Assembly (NCBI GenBank): GCA_038851755.1
Contig: JAWCKR010000008.1
Span: forward strand, 1,161-65,160
Reading direction: 5' to 3'
Length of the DNA stretch: 64,000 nucleotides
Origin: Candidatus Hadarchaeales archaeon
Lineage (GTDB): Archaea; Hadarchaeota; Hadarchaeia; Hadarchaeales; WYZ-LMO6
Of the stretch, positions 24,788-33,403 are shown piece by piece. Every line of letters starts with the position of its first letter. The stretch's first letter is position 1. The position numbers and the translations under genes were made by a program. Under the pieces are notes generated by a model. The model saw only the letters and a program-made list of their open reading frames with translations, had not been told where the DNA came from and did not search any database.

Positions 24788-26827
24788 ATGGAAAACCGAG
24801 TGGCCTTTGTGGACGCGGGCAGGAGGGAGCTGCGCGTTTCGGAGGTGAGGGACCCAGAACTCCTGGGGCCGGTGGACTGGGGACTCCACTGCCACCTGGA
24901 CCTCTACCGAAGCTACCTCTACCCCCCCTACGACGAACACAACGTGCTGTGTCTGGGGATGGGGAAGCTGGCAGGCAGCTGCATACCGGGCACCCACCGC
25001 CTCACCCTGTGCTTCCGTTCCCCTCTCTGGGAGGGTTTCTTCTTCTCCACCATTGGGGGGGCGGCCTACGCCTTCCGCCAGCTGGGGGTGGACTACCTGA
25101 CGGTGGAGGGGAAGGCCGACACCCCCCTGGCGGTTGCCCTCAAGGGCACTCCTTCGGGGCTGGAGTGCAGGTTCAGGGAAATCCCGCTGCAGGAGCTGTT
25201 TGAGATTTACCGTGAACACGGTGGTGAAGAGGGGGTGTATGCCCTGCAGGACTTCTTACTGGAGGAGTTCGGCGGGTGGTACAGGCACAGGGAAAGCACG
25301 ATGGAGTACCGCGTGCTCTGCGTGGGACCGGCATCCCTCCACACCAACCTGGGCGGGGTCTTCTCCTCGGCGGTGAAAGGAGACAGGGGAGAGCTGGGAT
25401 CGGAGGACTGGGCAGCCAGGGGGGGACCTGGTTCGGTGCTGGCGAGGGCCCACGGAGTGGTGGCCCTGGTGGTGGGAGGAAAAAACGAGTGGAGGAGGTT
25501 CCCCGGAGCCAACCTGGCTGACCTGAAGGAAGCGGACAGGGTCTTCCAGAAACTGGTGGGCAAGGGAGTGATGAAGGCGGCGTCGGAGGCCACCGTCAAG
25601 TACAGGTACGATGGATCGGTGGGCTCGGGGGGCACCTTCGGGGTGAACTACTTCGTGCTCAGGGAGATGGCGATCATGTTCGGCTGGAGCACGGTGAACC
25701 TCCCCAAGGAAAGGAGGCTGGAGCTCTACGAGAGGCTGATCCGGTCGAGATACCTCAAACAGTTCGACGGGGAGATCACCTCCAGGAAGCACCTCCGTCC
25801 CTCCCTGGAGTTTTCCTCCCCCACCTCCAGGCCGTGGGTGAGGGTGAAGGTCTGGAAGAACTGCGGGGAGCCCTGCCCCGGGGTGTGCAAGAAGGTCAGG
25901 GACAAGTACAAAAAGGATTACGAGCCCTACGAGGCCAACGGCCCCAACTGCGGGATTTTCGACCAGAGGGCGGCCGAAAGGGCCGTGTACGCGGTGGATT
26001 CCCTCGGCTTCGATGCCATAGAGTTCGGAAACACCTGCGGCTGGCTCTTCGAGTGCCTCCATCTGGGCCTCCTGCATCCACACGAGCTGGGACTGGACGG
26101 GAGGCCCTCTTTCGACCCCCTCTCCTTCGATCCCCAAGACTCGGAAAGGAACGCGGCGCTCCTGGAAAGACTGGCAAGGGCGGTGGCCTACGGCGAGAAC
26201 GAGCTCTCCCGCTGGGTGGGGGAGGGTGTGAGGAGGGCCGCCAGAGAGTTCACCCGCAGGTTCGGGGAGAGGGTGAGGGAACTGGGAAAGAGGTTCGAGG
26301 ACCTGGCGGTCTACGTGGCCTTCGGAGAGGGGGGATCCATTACTCCCGCCATGTACTGGAGCCCCGGTAACTTCATGCCCGTGCCCATCCAGGGGAAGTA
26401 CTTCACCTTCTACCATTCAGAGTTCAGGGAGCCGGAGGAGTTCGCGGAGCTTTGCTACCAGAGAGCGGTGAAGGAGATGTACTCGGAGAACAACGGCCTC
26501 TGCAGATTCCACAGGGGATGGAGCGAGCGCATCCTCCCACACCTGCTGGAGGAGGCGTGGGGGGTGAAGGTGGATTACGATGCCCACTGCAGGAAAATCC
26601 TGTGGAGGATCGCCGAGTACAACAGGAGGGCGGGGGTGGGCCCCGTCTTCTTCGAGGGTGAGAGGGTGATGGATGTCGTGACCAGCATGGCGAGAGAATT
26701 TTCTGAGAAGAGTGAGGGCGGAAGGAAGTGGTGGGCCAGGTTCCAGGAGGACAAGAAGGGGGCGGCGAGAGAGTACTGGGAGAGGTTCCGTGAAAGGTAC
26801 GAGCGGCTCCTAGCGAACCCTACGTGA
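24788..26827 (+). CDS. aldehyde:ferredoxin oxidoreductase (AOR) family tungsto/molybdopterin enzyme, divergent
   Basis: 679 aa. N-domain pattern: LCLGMGKLAGSCIPGTHRLTLCFRSPLWEGFFFSTIGGAAYAFRQLGVDYLTVEGKA. Cys cluster CGEPCPGVC, then DYEPYEANGPNCGI, then the late NNGLCRF motif. Confidence 0.65.
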   Translation: MENRVAFVDAGRRELRVSEVRDPELLGPVDWGLHCHLDLYRSYLYPPYDEHNVLCLGMGKLAGSCIPGTHRLTLCFRSPLWEGFFFSTIGGAAYAFRQLGVDYLTVEGKADTPLAVALKGTPSGLECRFREIPLQELFEIYREHGGEEGVYALQDFLLEEFGGWYRHRESTMEYRVLCVGPASLHTNLGGVFSSAVKGDRGELGSEDWAARGGPGSVLARAHGVVALVVGGKNEWRRFPGANLADLKEADRVFQKLVGKGVMKAASEATVKYRYDGSVGSGGTFGVNYFVLREMAIMFGWSTVNLPKERRLELYERLIRSRYLKQFDGEITSRKHLRPSLEFSSPTSRPWVRVKVWKNCGEPCPGVCKKVRDKYKKDYEPYEANGPNCGIFDQRAAERAVYAVDSLGFDAIEFGNTCGWLFECLHLGLLHPHELGLDGRPSFDPLSFDPQDSERNAALLERLARAVAYGENELSRWVGEGVRRAAREFTRRFGERVRELGKRFEDLAVYVAFGEGGSITPAMYWSPGNFMPVPIQGKYFTFYHSEFREPEEFAELCYQRAVKEMYSENNGLCRFHRGWSERILPHLLEEAWGVKVDYDAHCRKILWRIAEYNRRAGVGPVFFEGERVMDVVTSMAREFSEKSEGGRKWWARFQEDKKGAAREYWERFRERYERLLANPT

Positions 26828-27379
26828 GCCGGATCCACCTTCCAGCCCTTGTCCCTCAGGCACCGCGCCTGGTTGCCCCTCCCTCCAGCTCCTGAGGGCC
26901 TGCCTGAGGAGTTCCCTTCTAGAGTAGACCTTGGTGGAAACGAGGATGAGGGTGGCTGCCAGGGTGGCCAGGTAGAGCCAGAAGGGAGGGAAAAAGGTGA
27001 GGAGGCCCAGAGCACCCATGGTCCAGAGGGCACCGCTCCCCACGGCGCAGGGGGCGATGAGGGGGAAGGCCCTCTTGCCCACCCCCAGCACGTAGGCGAC
27101 CATCACGGCCACCATCGAGCCGAGGGAAAAGGCCAACAGGGCCAGACCGGTGAGGGTGAGCGCTCCCCTCCTTTCACCACCCACGAGGTAGAGGAGGCTC
27201 CCCCACCTGCGAAAGAGGAGCTCCGCCACCGCCAGCCAGAAGAGGGCGATGAGGGCGTTGCTCAGGGTGACGAGGAGAAGGATCTGTCCCGGCTGGAAGC
27301 CCTCCAGCGAGGCGCACGCCGTCCCCCCCACCGGCCCCAGCACCCAGGTGGAGAGGAAGATGGACAGGAGCTCCCTCAT
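26810..27379 (-). CDS. hypothetical multi-pass membrane protein
   Basis: 189 aa with about 5 hydrophobic segments. Lies 4 nt downstream of the M16 peptidase gene. Its 3' end overlaps the AOR 3' end by 18 nt (convergent). Confidence 0.55.
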   Translation of the reverse strand: MRELLSIFLSTWVLGPVGGTACASLEGFQPGQILLLVTLSNALIALFWLAVAELLFRRWGSLLYLVGGERRGALTLTGLALLAFSLGSMVAVMVAYVLGVGKRAFPLIAPCAVGSGALWTMGALGLLTFFPPFWLYLATLAATLILVSTKVYSRRELLRQALRSWREGQPGAVPEGQGLEGGSGSRRVR

Positions 27380-27383
27380 TCTC

Positions 27384-28571
27384 TCACCCTGGGAGGAGGA
27401 GGAAATAAGAGTAGTCCTCGAGCCTTCCCAGCTCCCTTACCTCCTCCAGCTTCAGCTCGGAAATCCTCTCCTCGTACCTGTAGAACTCCTCCGCGGACCC
27501 CGCCAGCTCCTCGTAGACCAGGGCGAGGGCCACCCGGTAGCTGTTCTCGGCCATGAGCCTGTGCTGCCCTATCAGCTGCTCCTTGGCCTCCTCCAGCTCC
27601 CCCCGGTCAAGCTCGCGCATCTTCTTTATCTCTGAAAGCATGAGCCCCCTCACCTCCTCCGCCTTCCCTGGCTCCGTGCCGGCGTAAAGGACCGCATAGC
27701 CGTAGTTCCTCCCCAGGTTGAGGTGGGCGGAGACCTCGTACGCCAGACCCCTCCTGTCCCTGATCTCCTGGAAGAGCCTGGAGGAGGCCCCGTCTGCCAG
27801 CACCGCCAGGAAGGACTGAAGGGCGTACCTCCCCCTGTCCCTGAGGGTGGGGGTGTGGAAGCCCAGCGCCAGGTGGGCCTGCCTGAGCTCCCTCCTTCTC
27901 TCCACCCTCTCACCCCTCCTCCTCCTCACCCTGATCCCGGGCTCGGGCCTCTTGGGGAAGGGAAGGTACCTCCGGGCCAGCTCCACCACCTCCTCGGGGT
28001 CCACCTTCCCCACCACCGAGAGGACCGGGCGGCTGTACTTCTTCAGGAAGCTCAGGAGCGAGGACCTGGAGAGCCTTCTCACCGTTTCCACCTTGCCCAG
28101 CACCTCCACCCCGAAGGGCTCCTCATACAGGAGGGACTTGATCTTCCCCAGCACGTGGGACCTGGGATGGTCGCGGACCATCTTCACCTCCTCCAGCACC
28201 ACCTTCTTCTCCTTCTCCAGCCTCTCCTCCTCGAAGGCCGGGTGGAAGAGCATGTCTCCCAGGAGTTCCAGCCCGAGTTCCAGGTGCTGGGAGGGGAGCC
28301 TCACCCAGAAAGCCGTGAGTTCCTCCGCAGTGAACCCGTTGAGCGTCCCCCCTTTCTTCTCCACCGCCGCGGAGAGCTGCTCGGAGGAGCGGGTCTCCGT
28401 CCCCTGGAAGAGGCAGTGCTCCAGGTAGTGGGCCACCCCCTTCTCCCTCTCCGGCTCATGGGCCGCGCCCGCCCTCACGGCGAGCAGGCAGGAGAAGAGG
28501 GGGAGCTGCCTGCGCTCCACCAGGACCGTCATGCCGTTCTCCAGCTCCGTCCTGCTGAACTCCGCCTCCAT
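27384..28571 (-). CDS. M16-family (pitrilysin/insulinase) zinc metallopeptidase
   Basis: 395 aa with the inverted zinc motif HYLEH (HxxEH) near the N-terminus, followed by a downstream Glu. Confidence 0.85.
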   Translation of the reverse strand: MEAEFSRTELENGMTVLVERRQLPLFSCLLAVRAGAAHEPEREKGVAHYLEHCLFQGTETRSSEQLSAAVEKKGGTLNGFTAEELTAFWVRLPSQHLELGLELLGDMLFHPAFEEERLEKEKKVVLEEVKMVRDHPRSHVLGKIKSLLYEEPFGVEVLGKVETVRRLSRSSLLSFLKKYSRPVLSVVGKVDPEEVVELARRYLPFPKRPEPGIRVRRRRGERVERRRELRQAHLALGFHTPTLRDRGRYALQSFLAVLADGASSRLFQEIRDRRGLAYEVSAHLNLGRNYGYAVLYAGTEPGKAEEVRGLMLSEIKKMRELDRGELEEAKEQLIGQHRLMAENSYRVALALVYEELAGSAEEFYRYEERISELKLEEVRELGRLEDYSYFLLLPG

Positions 28572-28624
28572 CGAACAGCTTCGGGCGGGAAAGGTTAAGC
28601 TTTTTCTGACCCCGGGGAAGGAGC

Positions 28625-29701
28625 GTGAGGATGAGGAGCGCTCTGGTCTACGCGGAGGGGTACCTGAAGTACCACTTCGGCCCCCACCATCCCTTCCAGC
28701 CCGAGAGGGAGCGGAAGACCGTGGAGAAGCTGAGGGAGCTCGGGGTGTTGGAAGGGTACGCCAAACTGGTGGAGCCAGAGCCAGCGAGGGAGGAGGACCT
28801 CCTGATGGTCCACTCCAAGAGGTACGTGGACTTCGTGAGGAGGATGAGCGAGCGAGGCACGGGCTTTCTGGACTACGGGGACACGCCGGCCACGAAAGAA
28901 CTCTACGAAGGTGCCACCTGGGTGGTGGGAGGCTCCCTGAAGGGGGCCGAGCTGGTGCTGGGAGGGGAAGTGGAGCACGCCTTCAACCCCGGAGGAGGGT
29001 TACACCATGCTGGGAGCGAGCACGCGGCGGGCTTCTGCGTCTTCAACGACGTGGTCCTCTCCGTGAGGTACCTCCAGAGAAGGGGGGTGAGGAGGATAGC
29101 GGTGATAGACACGGACGGGCACCACGGAGACGGGACCCAGGACCTCCTGTACCGGGAAACCGTGCTGAAAATCTCCTTCCACCGGGAGGGGATCTACCCC
29201 GGGACTGGTTATCCCTGGGAGACCGGAGAGGGGGAGGGAAGGGGGTACTCCGTGAACGTGCCCCTTCCCGGGGGGACCTCCGACGACGCCTACCTCTTCG
29301 CCTTCGAGGAGGTGGTACCCCCCCTCTTGAGGGCCTACAGGCCCGAAATCCTCATCCACCAGTTCGGGGTGGACGGGCACTTCAGGGACCCGCTCGTGGG
29401 GCTGGGCCTCACCACCCACGGCTACCTCGCTCTTTCCAGGACCATGCACGAACTCGCCCACGAGCTCTGCGGGGGGAGGTATCTGGTGCTGGGGGGAGGT
29501 GGGTACAACCCCTCCGATGTCTGCCGGTGCTGGACGGTAATGTTCTCCTTCCTCTCCGGCTTCCCCCTCGAGAGAGTGGAGGGCCTGATGGACGAGAGGA
29601 GGACCTCTCCCCCCTCCATCTGGAGGGAGGTGAGGGAGGTGGTGGAAGAGGTGAAGAAAAACATTTTTCCCCTGCACGGCCTGGAGGGGAGGAAAGGATG
29701 A
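28625..29701 (+). CDS. histone deacetylase-family protein (AcuC/acetylpolyamine amidohydrolase-like)
   Basis: GGLHHAGSEHAAGFCVFNDV and IDTDGHHGDGTQ metal/catalytic motifs. 358 aa. Confidence 0.88.
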   Translation: MRMRSALVYAEGYLKYHFGPHHPFQPERERKTVEKLRELGVLEGYAKLVEPEPAREEDLLMVHSKRYVDFVRRMSERGTGFLDYGDTPATKELYEGATWVVGGSLKGAELVLGGEVEHAFNPGGGLHHAGSEHAAGFCVFNDVVLSVRYLQRRGVRRIAVIDTDGHHGDGTQDLLYRETVLKISFHREGIYPGTGYPWETGEGEGRGYSVNVPLPGGTSDDAYLFAFEEVVPPLLRAYRPEILIHQFGVDGHFRDPLVGLGLTTHGYLALSRTMHELAHELCGGRYLVLGGGGYNPSDVCRCWTVMFSFLSGFPLERVEGLMDERRTSPPSIWREVREVVEEVKKNIFPLHGLEGRKG

Positions 29702-30507
29702 GGTTCGGAGTGATCTATCCCGCCTACGGACAGTACTCCGATCCTTCCCTGGCGGTGGAGATGGCCAGGGAGGCGGAGAGGAGGGGGGCCGAGGTCTTCC
29801 TGGTGTGGGACCACCTCCTCCTGCCCATGGAAGGAGGAGAGAGAACCCTGGAGGCTTACACCCTCCTTCCCTTCCTGGCCGCAAAAACGGAGAGAATAAA
29901 ACTGGGGACCTGCGTGACCCCTCTTCCCCTCCGCAATCCCCTCCTCCTGGCCAAGATGATCTCCTCTCTCGACCACCTCTCGGGGGGAAGGCTGGTGGTG
30001 GGGGTGGGAGCGGGATGGCACGCCGACGAGTTCAGGATTTACGGGAAATGGGAGAAGGCCGGTGCCAGGGTGAGGAGGACTCAGGAAGCGGTGGAACTCA
30101 TGGTGAGGATGTGGACGGAGAAGGAGGTGAACTTCCAGGGAGAGTTTTACTCCGCCAAGGGGGCCATCCTGGAGCCCAAGCCCCTGCAGAAACCCCATCC
30201 CCCTCTGTGGGTGGGGAGCACGGGAAGGCGCATGCTGGAGCTCACCCTCCGGTACGGCTCCGGCTGGATCCCCGCAGCCCTCTCTCCCGAGCAGTACGGG
30301 AAGCTTGCCCGCTTCCTCAGGGAGGGTCTGCCCAGGGAGAGGAGGGACTCCTTCGTCTTTTCCCTGCAGGACTGGGCCACGGCCCAGGAGGTGGGGGAGA
30401 GGGCTGAAGAGTTCGGGAAGGAAGGGTGCCAGCTTTACTCCGTGGTCCTGCCGGAGAAGAGGGAAGAGGCCCTAGAGGTCCTGAGGGAGCTGGAAAGACT
30501 GGTTTAG
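29698..30507 (+). CDS. LLM-class (luciferase-like) flavin/F420-dependent oxidoreductase
   Basis: 269 aa starting MRFGVIYP. The ATG overlaps the HDAC stop (ATGA). LGTCVTPLPLRNPLLLAKMISSLDHLSGGRLVVGVGAGW is the typical LLM core. The upstream 389 codons of the track ORF are a shadow frame. Confidence 0.8.
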   Translation: MRFGVIYPAYGQYSDPSLAVEMAREAERRGAEVFLVWDHLLLPMEGGERTLEAYTLLPFLAAKTERIKLGTCVTPLPLRNPLLLAKMISSLDHLSGGRLVVGVGAGWHADEFRIYGKWEKAGARVRRTQEAVELMVRMWTEKEVNFQGEFYSAKGAILEPKPLQKPHPPLWVGSTGRRMLELTLRYGSGWIPAALSPEQYGKLARFLREGLPRERRDSFVFSLQDWATAQEVGERAEEFGKEGCQLYSVVLPEKREEALEVLRELERLV

Positions 30508-30508
30508 G

Positions 30509-31663
30509 CTACTCCCAAACGAACTTCTCCAGCAGCCTCTCCTCAAGCCTGTGGTCCTTCTCCCTCTCCCTGCTCCTCATGAGCCTCTTCTCCACATGCT
30601 CCATGGCAGAGGAGAGGGCCTGCGCGAATCCCCATCCCTCTCCCACCCCCACCAGCTGTTCCCTCCCCCTCACCGTCAGCCTGCAGCTCACCAGGGGCTG
30701 CCCTTCCTTCCTACTCCCCACCCTCTTGAAGTGGGCGGTGAGCACGCCACCCCTCACCTGCTGGGCATACTTCCGGATGAAGCCCTTCAGGTCCGAGAGC
30801 ATGCGCTCGTACTCCAGGTCGTCCACCGCGCTCCTGTCCAGGGAGAGCTGCAGGTAGACCCCTCCCCTTTCCTCCTTCCTGGCCAGGGCGGAGAGGAGGT
30901 CGCTCTTGGTGAGGATCCCCTCCAGCCTCCCGTCCTCCATCACCGCCAGCGAGGCCACGTTCTTCTCCGCCATCAGTCTCACCGCTTCCCTGAGGGTGGC
31001 GTCGGGACGGATCCAGAGCAGGGGCTCGCTCATCAAACCCCTCACGGGGGTACCCAGGGGCCTTGGCTTCTCCCCCGCCAGGTCACCGAACCTCACCTGG
31101 TCCTTCGGTCTTATCACCCGCACCACCAGGTCGTGCATGGTGATGATGCCCACGGGTTTTCCCCTCCTGGTGACCGGAAGCCTGGAGACCCCCTCCTCCC
31201 TCATCACCGCCAGGGCGGCAGCCAGGGACTCGTTCTCGTCTATCGTTCTCACCTCCCTGGTGGCCACCTCCCTCACGGGCCTGGAGCCACCCTCACCCTC
31301 CGCCATCCTCTGCAGGAGGGCCATGTCGGTGACCACCCCCACTATCCTTCCGTTCTCCACCACCGGAAGGTGCTTCAGGTCATTCTCCACCATCAGCCTC
31401 GCCGCCTCCCCCACCTCTTCCTCCGGGGAGAGGAGGGGGGAGGAACGGTAGACCGCCTTCACCCTGGTCTTGCTGGGGTCGAGCCTGGACCTCACGATCA
31501 TGCGCTCCGTGAGCACCCCCTTACACTTCCCCCTCCTGTCCACCACCAGCAGGGCCCCTCCCGCCTTCACCCCACCCTCCCTGAACATCCCCACCGCTCT
31601 GGAGAGGAACTCCTCCTCCCCTATGGTCTGGAACTCCTCCGACATCAGGTCCTTCACCTTCAT
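30509..31663 (-). CDS. four-CBS-domain protein with a C-terminal HPF/RaiA (S30AE)-like domain
   Basis: 384 aa from MKVKDLMSEEF. Four CBS repeats, then a ~118-aa tail. The tail has an HPF-like beta-alpha-beta-beta-beta-alpha pattern (LQLSLD...LVSCRLTVRGREQLVGVGEGWGFAQALSSAMEHVEKRL). The track N-terminal extension was rejected. Confidence 0.7.
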   Translation of the reverse strand: MKVKDLMSEEFQTIGEEEFLSRAVGMFREGGVKAGGALLVVDRRGKCKGVLTERMIVRSRLDPSKTRVKAVYRSSPLLSPEEEVGEAARLMVENDLKHLPVVENGRIVGVVTDMALLQRMAEGEGGSRPVREVATREVRTIDENESLAAALAVMREEGVSRLPVTRRGKPVGIITMHDLVVRVIRPKDQVRFGDLAGEKPRPLGTPVRGLMSEPLLWIRPDATLREAVRLMAEKNVASLAVMEDGRLEGILTKSDLLSALARKEERGGVYLQLSLDRSAVDDLEYERMLSDLKGFIRKYAQQVRGGVLTAHFKRVGSRKEGQPLVSCRLTVRGREQLVGVGEGWGFAQALSSAMEHVEKRLMRSREREKDHRLEERLLEKFVWE

Positions 31664-31717
31664 ACCGGCACCCTCTCCCTTTCCCGTCAAGCTTAAAAAA
31701 ATGGAGGAGGAGGGGGA

Positions 31718-32203
31718 GTGATGAAGTACGGGGTTGTTCTCCTGGTGCTCTTGGTGGTGATAGCCGCCTCCTCCCTCGCCTTGGTCTTGCGCTCCGGCGG
31801 AGGTGAGGAGGGGGGAGGGGGGGCACCCCCAGGTCTTTCCCCCGAGTACTTCCACGTGGACAGGGTCTACTTCGACGACTGGGTGGACTTCATGGGAAAC
31901 GTCTCACCCTACGACTTCGCGGTGGTGGTGGAGATCACCAGCGGCGGCCGCGGCGTGAAAGCCTGGTCGGTGGGCATCGATTACGGGGACGGCGTAGGGT
32001 TCGTGGACAACGTCATCGAGACCGACTTCGGCGGCTTTCCCTCACCGGAGAACCACAAGCTCGTGCTGAAGGAGGACATGGCGAAGTGGAACCTTCCCGG
32101 TGGAACCCACCCGCAGAGGGGGCAACAGTACTACGTGAGGGTCCACCTCACCCTGAGCGACAACTCCTACCGCGTCTGGGAAGGGAACACCGGCTACCTC
32201 TGA
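31718..32203 (+). CDS. hypothetical secreted or membrane-anchored protein
   Basis: N-terminal hydrophobic anchor MMKYGVVLLVLLVVIAASSLALVL, followed by a ~120-aa soluble domain. No family recognised. Confidence 0.55.
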   Translation: MMKYGVVLLVLLVVIAASSLALVLRSGGGEEGGGGAPPGLSPEYFHVDRVYFDDWVDFMGNVSPYDFAVVVEITSGGRGVKAWSVGIDYGDGVGFVDNVIETDFGGFPSPENHKLVLKEDMAKWNLPGGTHPQRGQQYYVRVHLTLSDNSYRVWEGNTGYL

Positions 32204-32216
32204 GGAAGGCCCGGGG

Positions 32217-33338
32217 CTAGAGCTTTCTCAGTTTCTCCAGGGTCTCCTCGGCTTCCTTCATGATCCTCTCCACCAACTCCTTCACGGTGGGAAGGTCGTT
32301 GATCCTCTGGGCGCATTCCCCTCCCGCGGTGAGAGCCCTCTCCCTGTCCCCCGCGTAGGTGGCCGCAAAGCCCTCCGTTTCCTTCATGAGGACCTCCATG
32401 GGAACGGTGGTGAGGTCGTCCGGCTTCCCCGTGTACACCCCAGGTGAGTGCCTCACCGTCACCTCCACCATCTCCTCGGCGAAGGGTGTCTTGATGTACC
32501 TGGCCGGCCCCACGATCCCCCTGGCCACCACGGTCCCCCTGTCCCCCGCCTTCAGGATGCTCTCCTTCCAGAGGTCCACGAAGTCGCTCTCCTGCGTGCA
32601 GAGGAACCTGGTGCCCATCTGCACCCCCTGGGCCCCCAGCGCCAGGGCCGCCACCAGCGTCTTCCCGTCGCAGAAGCCTCCCGCCCCCACCACGGGAACC
32701 CCCGGACAGGCATCCACCACGGCCGGCAGGAGGGTCATGGTGTGCAGGGGCTCCCAAGCTACGTGGAAGCCTCCCTCGTGCCCTGAGGCTATGATCCCGT
32801 CCACCCCCGCCTCCACGCACTTCCTGGCGGCCCTCACGGAGGGGACCACGTGCATCCAGAAGAGGTCGGTGGACTTCAGCATGTCCCTCCAGGGGACCGG
32901 GTTCCCGGCGGAGGTGACCAGCACCCTCAGCCTCCTCCTCATCTCGGGGTCCTCCTCCCTCACCTCGATGGTGGCCCTGATCATCTCCTCAGCGGGCTCC
33001 CTCACCTCCTCCGAGACCATCACGTTGAGCCCGAAGATCCCCCCCGACTCCCTGGTCCTCTCCAGCGTGCGCCTGAAGATGTTCTTGAGGGTCTCGGCCG
33101 GCGTGGGGCCCTCTATCCCCGGCTCGAAGGTTCTCTTGAACATCTCGTAGGTGTCCTCCGACATGAACTTGAACTCCAGGGCGCTGGCGCTTATCAGCCC
33201 CAAGACGCCCGCGTTCGCGGAGGCGATGGCGAGTTTATTGGTGCCGAAGGGCCCCATCCCAGCCTGGATGATGGGGTACTTAATCCCCAGCTTCTCGCAC
33301 AGCTCGGTCCTTATCAAACGTGGCAGTTTTTCCCCCAA
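32217..33338 (-). CDS. NAD(P)H-dependent flavin oxidoreductase / nitronate monooxygenase family (FabK-like)
   Basis: LGIKYPIIQAGMGPFGTNKLAIASANAGVLGLIS, a TIM-barrel FMN pattern. 373 aa. Confidence 0.82.
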   Translation of the reverse strand: MGEKLPRLIRTELCEKLGIKYPIIQAGMGPFGTNKLAIASANAGVLGLISASALEFKFMSEDTYEMFKRTFEPGIEGPTPAETLKNIFRRTLERTRESGGIFGLNVMVSEEVREPAEEMIRATIEVREEDPEMRRRLRVLVTSAGNPVPWRDMLKSTDLFWMHVVPSVRAARKCVEAGVDGIIASGHEGGFHVAWEPLHTMTLLPAVVDACPGVPVVGAGGFCDGKTLVAALALGAQGVQMGTRFLCTQESDFVDLWKESILKAGDRGTVVARGIVGPARYIKTPFAEEMVEVTVRHSPGVYTGKPDDLTTVPMEVLMKETEGFAATYAGDRERALTAGGECAQRINDLPTVKELVERIMKEAEETLEKLRKL

Positions 33339-33403
33339 GCCTAAAAATCTTCCGGAAAAGAGGGCGGTAAGGTTAAGAGGGGAGGGGGAAAGAGGAGCCT
33401 TGA

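Noticed and set aside
28531-29697. N-terminal 389 codons of the 658-aa track ORF 28531..30507
   Set aside because: This part is an alternative frame of the HDAC gene (G/R/P/E-rich). Only the section from the ATG at 29698 (MRFGVIYP...) looks like a real LLM-family protein.
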